NCBI RefSeq assembly: GCF_009914755.1
Contig: NC_060932.1
Strand: one strand, 5' to 3'
Source: the human T2T-CHM13v2.0 reference genome, Homo sapiens
Length of the DNA stretch: 64,000 nucleotides
Within the stretch, counting starts at the first letter, position 1; each line of letters starts with the position of its first letter. The notes under the pieces are model-generated. The model was not told where the DNA came from, did no database searches, and worked only from the letters and a program-made list of their open reading frames with translations. This document shows positions 40,208 through 54,522 of this stretch, one piece after another. The translations under genes and the position numbers were made by a program.

Positions 40208-40508
40208 GGGCTTTTTGTTTTTGTGTTTTCAGAGACAAGGTCTGACTCTGTCGCCCAGGCTGGAGTGCAGCAGTGCAATCATAGATCACTGCAGCCTAAA
40301 ATTCTTGGGCTCAAGCGATCCACCTCAGCTTCCTGACTGCCTGGGACTACAGGCATGTGCCACTACACTGGCTAATTTATTTTACTTTTTGTAGAGTCGG
40401 GGTCTCGCTATCTTGTCCAGGCTGGTTGAAACTCCTGGCTTCAAGCAATCTTCCTGCCTTGGCCTCCCAAAGTTCTGGGATTTCAGGCATGAGTCACCAT
40501 GGCCAGCC
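40208..40508 (-). mobile_element. AluJ
   Basis: 'agagacaaggtctgactctgtcgcccagg...atcatagatcactgcagcc...gggctcaagcgatcc'; TSD 'taattttgtg'. Confidence 0.9.
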
Positions 40509-40798
40509 TAATTTTGTGATTTTTAAGAGACACTTATGTTTCATTTTGGGCAATATGAAGGACTAGGTAGGAAGAGTTACATGTGTGTACAGTACATCTG
40601 GAAATGCAGGATAACATTGTGCATATACAAAACAATTAGGGATTTGCTTCAACATTGGAAAAGATGATAAAATCAAAATCCATAGGAATAGGTAAAGGTT
40701 GAAACTGATGCTTGCTCTGGAGATGTTTGCTGATTTCTGGCAGCTGAAGGTTGACTTTTCATTAACCAAGCATGTGGGAAATGGAAGATAAAGCCTAA

Positions 40799-41164
40799 TT
40801 ATATGGTTTGACTGTGTCCCCACCCAAATCTCATCTTGAATAGTAGCTCCCATAATCCCTATGTGCCATGGGAGGGACTTAGTGGGAGGTAATTGAATTA
40901 TGGGGGAAGGCCTTTCTCATGCTGTTCTTGTGATAGTGAATAAGTCTCACAAGATCTGATGGTTTTATAAAGGGGAGTTACCCTGCACAGGCTATCTTGC
41001 CTGCCACCATGTAAAACGTGACTTTGCTCCTCATTCACCTTCTGCCAATGATTGTGAGGCCTTACCAGCCATGTGGAACTGTGAGTCCATTAAACTTCTT
41101 TTTCTTTATAAATTACCCAGTCTCGAGTATGTCTTTATTAGCAGTGTGAGAATAGACTAATACA
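40799..41164 (+). mobile_element. THE1 (C-like) solo LTR
   Basis: 'atatggtttgactgtgtccccacccaaatctcatcttgaa...gactaataca'; perfect TSD 'cctaa'. Confidence 0.93.
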
Positions 41165-41175
41165 CCTAACAACTA

Positions 41176-41618
<443 letters not shown>

Positions 41619-41699
41619 TTACACACTAAGGTTTAAGCAAGAATTAAATACTTTTTAATCACCAAAACACTAAGTTAAAAAGTTAATGTAAAGTGTTCC

Positions 41700-42810
41700 A
41701 CTGTAAGATTTCCTCCAGAAGCTTGATGAAAGCAAATTTTTAAAAATCTCGTTTAAAGAATATATTATAAATTTTGTCTTCAAAAACAATCCCAAAGATA
41801 AATTTTCAAGGAATAATATCATAAAGAGAAATCAATAAGCATATGAATGAAGAAAGTACCCATGAGTGAAAATTAGTACAAACAGCAAATTATAGGGTCA
41901 AACTGGCAAAAATTGCAAATATTGAAATTATCATATGGCATTTTAATGTTCATAATATATAATAATTTATTTAATATTTTCTCTTACATGTAACAACAAG
42001 AGACAGATATAGAAAATATGAAATAATGGTAGAGAAACAGGTAGGGTAGAGTGAAAAAGTACAATTTATGATTAATCATAATAATATGGCAAAAGAGACA
42101 CATTGGTTGAAATTTTTTCCAGAATTAAAAAAGGGCACCACTCCTCTGATTCAGAAAGCAAACAAACCTCAAGCAGAGTAAATAGTATGAAATTCACACA
42201 AAAACACATGGTAGTCATACTGCAAAATGCCTAAGAGAAAGAAAGAAGATCTTAAAAGCAGCCTAAGAGAAAAAATAGAATACTTGTCAGTGATCAATAA
42301 TCAGCCTTCCTGATGACTTTTCAGTAACAACAGAATTAAGGTCAGAAGATAGTGGAATAATTTCTTTAAAGCTCCAAGAAAAAAAATGAAACTAGCAACC
42401 TAGAATTCTATACCCAGTGAAACTATCCACGGAAATATAAGAAGAGGGTTGTTCTCAGAGAATAAAAACTGAGCATGTTACTTCACTAAAACAACATCTT
42501 CAGTAGATATTTCAAGAAGTAAACTATCCTAAACGAATATCTGAGATGCAAAAAGTAAAGTGAGAGCATAAAAGGGAAAATATGTGGTAAATCTAAATAA
42601 ATATGAACTGTTTAAAATAACAACACCTAAATTGTGAGGATAATATCAAATCAACTTGTGTCTATAATCCTTCACATAAATAGCATTTGGGGGAGTGGAA
42701 ATTGGAATTAAAGTATTCAAAATTCTTTACAGTTCTAGAAGTAACGTAAATATATCTGTTAATCTGAAGTTAAATAAGTTTGCTTAGAATTTTAGGTAAT
42801 ACTAAAATAA
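41700..42810 (+). mobile_element. Ancient L1M/HAL1 ORF1 region
   Basis: 'gaaattttttccagaatt...gattcagaaagca...aagatcttaaaagcagcc...caacctagaattctatacccagtgaaactatc' is a decayed L1 ORF1 C-terminus. Confidence 0.75.
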
Positions 42811-43889
42811 TATTTATTGGGCATCTACTATGAATCAGAACTTGAAAATAAATGATCACTTGGGAAGAACAAACACAAGCCCAGTCTTTTAATAATTCAG
42901 AATAGTGCCTATCTCTTGAGGCTTTTAAAAACATAATGAGCAATAAAATTCTAAAAACATCATTGGCCTCCTCTACCTTTCTCCTTCCTCTGCTTTCTAA
43001 TTACTCACAGCGCAAGTTCCCCACCCACGCACCACCACCAAAAACTGCAGGCTAAGCTAAGCTATTTTGACTGAGACAAAAAGAGCTTCAGCAGCTTGTG
43101 CCTCCTGTCTGATAGAAGCTTGATCCTATGCTGCTGGCCTCCTGCATTGCCCTGACACATTCTTCCTGTAAATTCAACACCATGCTTGAGGCGCCTCTAT
43201 TGCTCCCTGAGCACAGCTCTTCCTCTCTAGTCCAGACCCCCACTCCTGCATTCTTAATATGTTACTCTTCCTAAAAATTCAACCCCTCTTTTTGTACTAC
43301 TTATGATAGTTATGGATTAAAGGAGATGAACTGTAGCAAGTATTTATGCCTAGATAAATTAATATGTTATTTGGATTTCTTTATATTGCAAGAAACAGGA
43401 ACCCAGTTTGAAGTATCATTGGAATGGGAGAATTTACTGGAAAAAATAAACCTGGCAGAGAGAGTAGACAGCTCTAACAGACCTCAGGTATCAGGAAACA
43501 GGAACTCCAGTGCCAAGGAGATTCTCCTTCTCTACTACATACAAGCACGTGCACACACATGCACACCTCTGCTTTTCTGTGTGTCACCTCTGCCCCTCTC
43601 CTCCTATAAAAGAGCTGCTTTCTTTTACACAACAGTGACCACAGTCACTATTCCCTTCCAGGCTTATTTTTTTCCGGATTCACCCATCTTCACTACCCAA
43701 GAGGTACTACCATTGTTCTCTTAGTTTCAAATGGAAAAAAAATGAAGGAAAATATTCTTGCCCATTCAGAGAGTAGGAATCTGTAAGAGATTTGAGTTCC
43801 TGCCCAAATTGCCTGGTTGAAAGGAGCATTTCCCTGAAGAAAAAGGCAGAGGCAAGGAGGGGATGGGTTCAAGGGAAATGAAACAGTAG

Positions 43890-44256
43890 TGATATGGTTT
43901 GACTCTGTGTCCCCACCTAAATCTCATCTCGTAGCTCCTATAATTCTCATGTGTTGTAGGAGGGACCCAGTGGGAGATAATTGAATCATGAGGGTGGATC
44001 TTTCCCATGCTGTTCTCATGATAAGTGAATAAATCTCATGAGATCTGATGGTTTTAAAAATGGGAGTTTCCCAGCACAAGCTCTCTCTCTTTGCTTGCTG
44101 CCATCCATGAAAGGCATGACTTGCTCCTCCTTGTTTTCCACCATGATTGTAAGGCCTCCCCAGCCATGTAAAACTAAGTCCATTAAACCTCCTTCCTTTG
44201 TAAATTGCCCAGTTTCAGGTATGTCTTTATCAGCAGTGTGAAAACAGACTAATACA
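43890..44256 (+). mobile_element. THE1B-like solo LTR
   Basis: 'tgatatggtttgactctgtgtccccacc...cagcagtgtgaaaacagactaataca'; perfect TSD 'agtag'. Confidence 0.94.
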
Positions 44257-44600
44257 AGTAGATATTCATTTTGATATTCTGCAGATATTTGGAAGGAGGT
44301 AACAGTCATTATCCTTAAACAGAGAGTCTTTCCCATACTCCAGCCTGGCAGCCTTGAACCTGGTCCTGTTGTTTTTGGACAAATTTCCTGCCTAGAGGCC
44401 ACCCACTCATCTAATTCCTGAGTACAAACTGCCTGCTGGATTTCTCACCACCACATTCATCCCCTCCCATGGAGAGTGCAGGTCCTGACTATGGTCTGGC
44501 TTAAAAATAGATATGCGATATCTTTAGCCTCCACCTGACCCCTTGGCTACTTCTTTAGAGCCAGTCATTTTCTTGTTCTTTTAGTATCTGTTCCTTTCAG

Positions 44601-44601
44601 G

Positions 44602-44651
<50 letters not shown>

Positions 44652-44662
44652 TGTGTGTGTGT
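44601..44662. repeat. (TG)n microsatellite, interrupted
   Basis: About 60 bp of alternating TG with two TT interruptions. Confidence 0.97.
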
Positions 44663-44833
44663 ATCTCCTGCCAAATCCTGCTTCAGCTCCATCTTCACTC
44701 TTGTGGTGTTACTGGAAATGCAGTGTTACTTCTTACAGCTGAGTCACCAGATTATCAAATTAAAGGTTGGTGTGTTTTTCTTCGGTGGCAGTACTCATAA
44801 CTGCCCCTTATTGAGTTACTGCTATATGGCACA

Positions 44834-45274
44834 TGTGTTAGCATATTTTGTGTTGCTGCTAAGGAATACCTGAGACTGAGAAAAAGTCTCAGGTATTTAT
44901 GCCTGAGATTTATAAAGAAAAGAGTATTATTGGCTCACAGTTCTTCAAGCTGCACAAGCATGGCACCAGCATCTGCTCAGCTTCTAGTGAGGCCTTAAGA
45001 AACAAACTCATGGTGGTTGGCAAGGAGGGAGCAAGCTTGTCACAGGATGAGAGAGGAAGCAAGAGAGAGATGTTAGGGTCTTCTAAACAACCAGCTCTTG
45101 CGTGAAGTGATAGAGTGAAAACTCACTCATCACCATGAGGATGGCACTAAGCCATTCATGAGGAGTCTGCCCCATGACCTCATGACCCAAACGCCTACTT
45201 CCAGGCCCACCTCCTACATGGGGGATCACATTTCAACATGGTATTTGGATGGGATAAACATTTAAACTATATCA
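44834..45274 (-). mobile_element. MSTB-like solo LTR
   Basis: 'tgtgttag...aaggaatacctgagactg...aagcatggcaccagcatctgctcagcttctagtgaggcc...aaactatatca'. Confidence 0.9.
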
Positions 45275-45279
45275 GCAGG

Positions 45280-45732
45280 TGTCTTAGGTGAGTTCCCCAG
45301 AAGCAGACCCAAGACAAGGATTTGGGCACAAATGACTGGTTTGGGAGGTGATCCCAGGTGAACAGGAAGTAAGTAGGAAGTGAGACAGAGAAAGAAAGGG
45401 AAACAATACAGGAACCAATGGGAAGGCTACTGTTGTGAAACTGGACTTTGATCCCACTGGGACCTCTGTGAGATGGTATGGAGCACATTTCAGTGTTTGT
45501 CCATCCCTATAGCCAAGGACGTCAGATATTTATTCTCCAAATCCTGTTCTCTACTGGCTGAATGCTGCCCCAAGGGTATTAACCTCACAGCCCATGGCAC
45601 TACTGGCCTGCTTTGTGTGTCCAGAAAAGGAACAGTCACAAATATTTGCAGTGGGAAGCTGTTGGCATGTGTCATGTGCAGAAACATGAGTATAAATGGG
45701 ATACAAGTAGGCTGAAGGAAGCATCCACTACA
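45280..45732. mobile_element. Old MaLR LTR (MLT1I/J-like)
   Basis: 'tgtcttaggtgagttccccagaagcagaccc...ttgggaggtgatcccagg...gcatccactaca'; near-TSD gcagg/tcagg. Confidence 0.75.
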
Positions 45733-45767
45733 TCAGGCATTAAGTACGCATTGCCTCTATTTCATCA

Positions 45768-46113
<346 letters not shown>

Positions 46114-46573
46114 TTAGCAAGTAACTGCTAGAGCCAAAGTTGAATTCAGATCTACCTCTGAAGTTCGTTATGTTTTTTATTTTGCCATACCTCCTTCCCC
46201 ACTCAAAAGGAATATGCTGGGAGAATAACTTGCATGTTGTTGCTGGCTTGGACTAAAGGAAATCTAGGAGAGGAAATGGCGACAGCAGCACAGAGGGAAG
46301 AGTATTATCATACCCTGGAGCTAAAGGGAGAAAAGAAAGTGCTTCCTGTTCCTGAGTGGAGTTGGCACTAAGTCTGTGGGTTGTTCGAATAAATCAACGA
46401 ATGAATAATGGTTACTTGAAGTTTGGATAAATACTAGTAGCACTAAAGGGAATCAATAAAATAACATTTCTATATTATTTAATTCATTTAGCAGGAACAA
46501 CCAAAGAGATCACATTTTAAAAAATTAATTTTTTAAAATTAATTACAAAACAGAAGTAAAAATATAGAGAATA

Positions 46574-46935
46574 TGATATGGTTTGGCTGTGTCCTCCCAA
46601 AATCTCATCCTGAATTGTAGCTCCGATAATCCCCATGTGTCATGGGAGGAACTTGGTAAGAGGTAACTGAATTATGGGGGCAGGTTTTCCCATGCTGTTG
46701 TCATGGTAGTGAATAAGTCTCATGAGAGCTGATGGTTTTATAAAGGGCAGTTTTCCTCCACAAGCTCTCTCGCCTGCCGCCATGTAAGATGTACCTTTGC
46801 TCCTCATTTGCCTTCTGCCATGATTGTGAGGCCTCCCCACCCTTATGGAACTGTGAGTCCATTAAACCTCTTTTTCTTTATAAGCTACCCTGTCTCAAGT
46901 ATTTTTTCATAGCAGTATGAAAATGGACTAATATA
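46574..46935 (+). mobile_element. THE1 (C/D-like) solo LTR within an old antisense L1M fragment
   Basis: 'tgatatggtttggctgtgtcc...aaatggactaatata'; perfect TSD 'gaata'. Confidence 0.93.
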
Positions 46936-49900
46936 GAATAGTAGAGTGAATCTCCATATACCTATTATCTACACTAAACAATGATTAATATTTTTCCATA
47001 TTTACATCTGGTGAAGTAGTTCAAAGCAAATATCAGACATCACCATATACTTCTATAAGCATCTATAAAAATATTTTCTTATCTAAACATAATATCATCA
47101 TTATAACTAATAAAACTAACAATAATTTCTTAATATTATCTCATACTCAACCATATTCAAATTCCCCCAATAGTTCTACAACTATTTCTGGTTGGTTTGT
47201 TTGAGTCAGTTCCAGAAAAGGTCCACAGATAACCTTTGTTTATTATGTCTCTTAAGTCATTTAAAGTTTACAACTGCCACCCTTTCATTTTTATGCCATT
47301 CCCTTGTTAAGGAGATAAGATCAGCTGCCCTGAAGAATATGAAGAATATTCCAAATTCTGAATGTATTTTATCAATGTATTTATACCTTTGTATTATTCA
47401 CAGGGACATCCACTAACCTAGGCTGGTCATTTTGGTTACTTGATATAGCCACAGGAAATTCAGCCAGGTGTTTCTGCAGGTGTTTCTTTATAACCTCACC
47501 ACCCTGTTTCTGCTGCAGACAAAAGAAGTATCATGTCTAGAAAGCTTACAAATTATCTCACCAAAATATAGCTATTGTAGAGGACTACGGATTAGAAGCT
47601 GTCAACTTGGCAAGCCTTAGGCATTCCCAAGCTGATGGATGGGAAAAAGAAAGGTAAGAACTGGAGTAGATAGAGCTACAAGTAAGACAAAGATCTATTT
47701 TGTTTATATTGTGTCTCCATTCCATAGCTCAGCACCTTTTGTGTAGACTCTCAAAGGAGATGTGCACAAGGACAGAGTCATAGCTGGAGTTTTGGAGAAA
47801 AGCCTGCCTCATTGCAACACAATACTGAGATTTTTCGTCTTTATTCATAGTTTGAGAAATGCCACTATTTCAGGTGCTGAGTGTTGGTGAAAATGAGATA
47901 CCAAGGTGACTTAAGGAGGCATTCAGTGTCTATCTTAGACATTTTGAAACTCAGACATGGTTGGGATTCCTCTGCGTTTAGTGGGATGTCACTAACTAAC
48001 TACTCTACCAACTTAGGTTATCTAAGCTAGTTCAGGTCAGCCTATCCAAATCCAAAGGAAAAGATTTCCCTACCCTACAGGTTCCACCTCAGTTTCTCTA
48101 GGTATCCAGCATCCCACCTCTCCTTAGGTTTGGGTTCCCTAAGTGTTGAGGGCCTGTCCATAGTCAGTAACAAAACATCCCCTGGTGAGATGCTGGATAT
48201 CAGTGAGCTGAACTTCTCATTGGACACTGATATATGGGAGCACTAGCAAAGTCTTTGGTTCAGACAATGGGAACTTTGTTTAAAGTTCTGCACACCTCTA
48301 CACAGTGGCATCACTCTTGAGTCATGAAGGATATTAGTCAAGATTCTGGGTTGGTCAACCCACGTGTAACTTGCAGCTCCTCCTACTCTTGGAACTTGCT
48401 ACCTCTGGAATGGCACTGCTGAGAGGTGAGGTCTTGACACTCCCAGGACCATGGACTTGAAGGCTAATCTCTAACAGGGCCCTTCTTCCAAGCCCAGGGA
48501 ATGCTATCTTTAGTCTGGGAGGTGAAGGTAAAACCTTACTTTCCTCAGTGCTTCCCTAGGGCAGTGTGCCTACAGCACTTAATTCCCTTTTCCTGTCATT
48601 CCTCTCCTCTCCAACACATACCACTCCTTTCCTCTTTCCCAGTAGGCTTTCATGACCCTTTAATGCTCCCAAATAGACCTAATGCTAGTTCTTTTTCCTC
48701 AAGGGCAGGGGAATTAAAACTTCAATTCCCTCTAATTAGCAAAGAAAGGAGGAAAAAATTTTCATATGAAAATAAGCTTGAATATTCATATCCAGCTACC
48801 TGTTTATATAATACCTCCTCTCCATTTTTCTTCTGATTCCTTGCCAAGGCAAGTTAGAGACATAGTCCCTGCTGCAGTGGTTTGAAGAGAGGCTACTGCT
48901 GCCTTGGAAAACATAAAATCTGATGGGTCTGAAACTAGTCTAAACAGCTCATCTGAATACGAGTTTTGCCATGGTCCTTTCTTTTTTGGAAAAATTTTTA
49001 AAAATAAAAAACCCAAGAACTTATTAATGATACCTAAATTTTGGGAAACTACCCTTTTTTGCCATCTATCCAAAGTCACAAATTGGTGTGGTTTTGGAGT
49101 AGGTTCTTAAATTCTCTGTTGCTGTTTTTCCACTTGTAAAATGAAAGACTTGGCTCCACTGATCTAAAAAATATCTCTTATGCTCTAAGATGATCTAATC
49201 TGCACTGCATCCAAATAGCTCTGTGCTCCATTTCCTGGAGTGTACACCTCATGCCCACCCAAAGACACATACAAACACACACAGCTCCTGACAAAAGTAA
49301 AATATAAGCTATGTTTAGTCTTCATAATTGCCCTCTTTTTTTAACAGTCTGATTTGTTTTTAGAAAATTGTCAACTCTTCAAAACCCAAGGAATGATATC
49401 ATAACTCTACAAGAGATTAAGAAAAGTTATTGAAAGAAACTTGCTGAAAAGTTAGACAAAATCCCTCCTGATGGAAGAGGCTTTGTTAAAAGCATAAATT
49501 TGGGTCAATCTCTCAGTAATTATTAATATTAGCAGTTATATATGAGTTTGACTCATTTCACAGAATTCTCATCATTGCCACATTTTATAATTTGACTCAA
49601 ATTTCTCCCAAGACCCCACCATCTTAAACAAATGCTTCTTCAAAGGATCACACCTTTATAAACCACAAAATGCTTCAGTTATGACTCCATTTAACTCAGT
49701 GGGAGAATGCTCATTTTTGTAAAATACCCATACTGAATCATCTCCATACCATACCAGTAATAAGTAAGCTGGTTTTTTGGCTGTTAATTTCTTTAAAACA
49801 CAACAAGACTTCATTATTTGAATTACTGCTTAAACATCAATCTTAGAAATAAGCTCCACTGAGCATTATTTATGAATGCTGAGGTTTTAAATGATTCAAA

Positions 49901-50429
49901 CTCAGCATCACTCATATCTGCACTAATTATCCCCACCAAAGAGAGCACATATTAGATAAAATGATGTTAAGTTAGTGTTCTGAAGAATTTGCAAAATAAA
50001 CTATGCATTGCTTTCTCTCACAAAGTTCACAGTGAATTACTGCAGATTCTTAATGACCTTATCAGTAACTTCTGTTCGAGATGGAGGAGGGAGTCTGGGG
50101 ATACATTATGACAATATATAGCCTAATATCTGGAAAATACAGAAAACATGTCTGTACTACCTCATTTTAAACACCTCATGAAGGTCAGAAAATGCTTCAA
50201 ATCATACTTTTTACTTTTGTCTGAAATAATAGAGAGATGAATAGCGCCTTTCCAACCATATTTACACTTGAGCTCCCCTGTTAAAACTATGTAGAAGCTC
50301 TACTGCATTTATTCAGTGTACATGCATGTATTTGTAAACTTTGGCTAGATAAGTCCATTGATGGAACATGAGCTACCACAAGGAGAATGGAGCACATTCA
50401 GGCTAGAGTGATGAGCAAGTTGTTGAAAA

Positions 50430-50655
50430 GGCAGAATTTATTGAGAATTTCTCACATGCCAGTCAATATTGTAAGTGCTTTATGCATACAGTGTATTATT
50501 GTTTTTCTTAACACCTCTTTAAGTTGGTACTATTACCAGTGATAACTCCATTATGCAAATGAGGAAATTGAGGCAAAGAGAAACCAAGTAACATCCTCTA
50601 GGCCACATTCATAAGAGACAGACTCTAGCCCAGGCTGAACCACTGTGCTGTCTTA
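50430..50655 (-). mobile_element. MIR SINE fragment
   Basis: 'atttattgag...taagtgctttatgc...ccattatgcaaatgaggaaattgaggcaaagag'. Confidence 0.7.
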
Positions 50656-50853
50656 TAGTTGTGCAGTAGAGAGACAGCAGTCACTTGGGCCAGGATGTGG
50701 CAACGGAGATGGAGAGCAGAAAAGAGACTGGAGATATATTTATGTTTATTTCACCTACCAGAGTGAAAATGTTGGAAACAATGTTAATGTCCAACATTAA
50801 GGATTTGACGTAATAAATTTTAGTATATCTATATAAAAGAATGCAAAGTTGCC

Positions 50854-51185
<332 letters not shown>

Positions 51186-51986
51186 TTAAAATCACTTTTT
51201 CCAATCATATTTAATAACAAGCATAATAAAATATACCATTTATTCTTGACTGAGAATGTCATGTAAAAAAAAGAGCATTTTAGATAATCCCAATTTTGAC
51301 AAATGTGTATGCCTGTGTGTATGTCTGTGCATAGGTGTACAACACTAAAAAAGAGACCAGAAAGTCATGCAAAATGGGCCAATACCGGTAAGGCTGGGAG
51401 TTGGGAGTCTGCACGATTTATGTTTTCTGTTTTATGCCCTTCTTTATTTTTTCAATTATTTCTACAAGAGCAGGCATTGTTTCTGTAATGAAAAAAAAAA
51501 AACTGTTTAGGAGGAATTTAAGGATAACCAAACCACAGTTCAATCATGTGGCCTAGAAAGACCAGCAGAGATTAGAGACACAGGCAGACAGGGCTGATGG
51601 CAATAACATGTGTGATTGCCAGCTTAGCCCTGCAGCTGTGAACTCTTGAGTGAGTCCATCAGACTTGGCCCAGGCACCTTAGGAAGCTGGATCTGTAGAG
51701 TGATGCCCTTCAGCACCTTCACCCAGAGAACACTGCAAAGCCACACATTGACAGGACCAGAAAAGATAGAAATACTTCACGTAGACCCTACATATGACCA
51801 AACAGTTTGTGCAATGAAAACAGGGACTGAATGGGAATGAAAAGAGGAAATGGAAGGGAAGAAAGGAGTCTGGGGTAGAGCTGGCAATGCTTTTTGTCAT
51901 TTATTCTTCCCCTGGATGGAGAGCCTTTATGACATTTCTGCAAAGGTGCTGTATGTGCTAGCTGCACTCAAGATTGGCAAGATGAA

Positions 51987-52178
51987 GCTGGGTACAGTGA
52001 AGCACCCCTGCGGTCCTAACAACTTTGGAGGCTAAGGTGGGAAGATTGCTTGTGCCCAAGAGTTTGCATGCCTGTAAATAGCCACAGCACTCCATCCCGG
52101 GCAACACAGTGAATAAATAAATAGTGCCTCTAAATAAATAAATTAGTGCCTCTAAATAAATGAATAAATAAATAAATG
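51987..52178 (+). mobile_element. FAM / 7SL-like fossil Alu monomer
   Basis: Contains 'gcctgtaaatagccacagcactcca', the 7SL/FAM segment absent from dimeric Alu; TSD agattggcaagatga / agattggcacgatga. Confidence 0.75.
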
Positions 52179-54495
52179 AGATTGGCACGATGAGCTGAGA
52201 CCAAATATGAAGGCTCTTTGGAGCCCAAAGTCATCACAGGTAAAAAGACCCACAGTTGAGAGAAACTACTAGAGGAGGGAGGCTTGAAGGATAGATGGGA
52301 TTTATATTGGAGAAGTGCACAGAAAAGGGAGCCAGCTAGCACTGGGGCACAGAAAAATTTAAAAACTGAAGTTCGAGGTGGAATCATTAACTGGATTTAA
52401 AAATAAAAACTAAACCTTTGAGATAGCAGTCTTTTTAGTCTGAGAAACTCTAGGCTTCGTCCATTGAATCATAAACATACCAGCACAGGAATGGTGACAC
52501 TAAAACTGTCACCATAACTGGAGGCTGTCTCCTTTAAAGGTCTTCTTTCCCATACTCCTTACCAAACTACCTGACACCTGGCTTGAGATTGACTTCCTAG
52601 TACTGGTATCCCAGTTAGACGCCCTTCTTTCCAGCAGAATTACAACTCCAATAAGATACCTGTATTATGTAAGGGAGCACATTCCTCAACTCAAGCTATA
52701 CTGAGGTCCCGCCCCGCCCCTTACCCCAACTAGACTCTTCTGTTCAGGGGGCTGGGAAGATCAGATCAAAACTTATGTTCATCATTTTAAAGGTATTCTG
52801 TTAAGAATATATTCATTTCTTCTAATGTGAGTTTAAGCAAAATTTACTTTTCCTGGACAAACGCAATTTCTAGTCCATTTGCATGCTGTTAGTTCTCTGC
52901 TTTTCTGCAGAGCATTTTATTGCCAAGCACGTTCCAATGATTTATTAGCTAGTCCTCTACTAAAGGCTGAAAAGCTGTGATTTCCTCCATGTTTATGGAT
53001 GATAAAAAACAGAGCTACAGATTAGTTAAGTGTCTTCTATAAGGTCATCCCACAAGTTTGAAGGACAGAGCTGGGGTTAGAACGTGTGCTCCCTGACTCG
53101 CCCCGCCCCAAGAGGTCCACTGGGCTGCACTGCCTCTCTGCATGACAACATAACATGCCGTCAGGGGCAGATGTTGCCTGTCACCCTGACCATCCATCAT
53201 GCCCATAAGAAGGTGCAATTAAAAAGAGAGATTTTAAAAAATAGCTCTTATCCAGGTGGCCAAAATCACTTTACTGAAATCAAAGCTTAGACATCAATAT
53301 CTGAGTAGTAGTCACATTGTAATCCTCACCTAGCTTCCTTCTGCTAGCCATCCAGCATGACTTTGAGCCACCTTTCACTGACATTAGTGACAGGTACTCA
53401 AAGAATAAAAAATAAGATATTTTTAATATTTGTCTGATCATTTAGGAAAGGAAATTGTGGTGAGGAGGAAAAGCCATCCGCTTAATTGTAAAAGCAAGGA
53501 ATAGGGACTGGAGTCTTATCCACGGCCTTAGATTTGTCAGAAGCACTTCTCAGCCCTGCTTCCTCTTTTCTGCCCTCTTCTTTTGCTAAAGAGCCATTTA
53601 TCATAGGTGATTGGGAGATGACTTTAAATGTCACTAAGAAAAGCATGCCATAGAATTTATCTAGAAGAGAACAGCTACACCATCTCCTTTGTTACACCAG
53701 TGAGGAAACTGACAAGAAAAGTTGAGTAAATTCTTGAGGAATATATGGCTATTTACTGGCAGCACCAGGTCTTCAGCCTAGATCCACTGCCTGCCAGCCT
53801 AGGGTCCTTTCTGCTACATGCCCCAGACACAACTGGATAAACATTATTCAATTATTGGTTCAATGAACTCTCATTAAGGGCCTGTTATGTGTCAGGAGTT
53901 TGGAATAATACAGCCTTTGCCTTCAAAATAGCCATGGTCTAAAGAAATGACAGCAATATATAATCTGATTCACAACTGTAACAATTTAAAAATGCTACCA
54001 CAGGTAATAGGATGAGAGGATAAAATGAGCTTTGGGCTGGATTAAGAGACATTTTCTATTTCTAACTATTTCAAAATTAGTGGAAAATGTCTCTTAAGAG
54101 ACACAAAGTGAAAAAGGACTTAGCATTGTTTGCAGGAAGCTTAGATTTCTCTATACTCTCTCAATTCATCATTAGTAGTCCACACCTAAATGCTAAGACC
54201 CTTTCAATTCCAGGACTAATGCGACCAGGGCAGAGAACAAAATTTAAACACACTGCAGTGCTGGTACATGTGGAATCATGTTATTTCAAACTGTTGTCAT
54301 GAATGAGGGCATTGATTATTCACATAGCAGTTTTCAAATGCAAAAGTGTTCCCTAGTAATTGAAGCAGGAAACATACTTAGCTTTATTTCCTCTATAGTC
54401 TGATGATGAAAATTGGAAAGCTTGGAGGGATGTAGTAGAGGAGGGAGCACAGAATGTAAAATTGAAACAGTTATACAAGTGGGATGAGGGCGCAT

Positions 54496-54522
54496 GTGTG
54501 TGTGTGTGTGTGTGTGTGTGTG
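54496..54522. repeat. (TG)13 microsatellite
   Basis: Direct reading. Confidence 0.95.

Noticed and set aside
44569-44600. Polypyrimidine tract ending 'cctttcag' as a splice acceptor
   Set aside because: Leads straight into a (TG)n repeat with no supported exon or donor
46514-46539. 26-bp perfect palindrome attttaaaaaattaattttttaaaat
   Set aside because: A/T-only low complexity at the end of an old L1 fragment; easily formed by slippage
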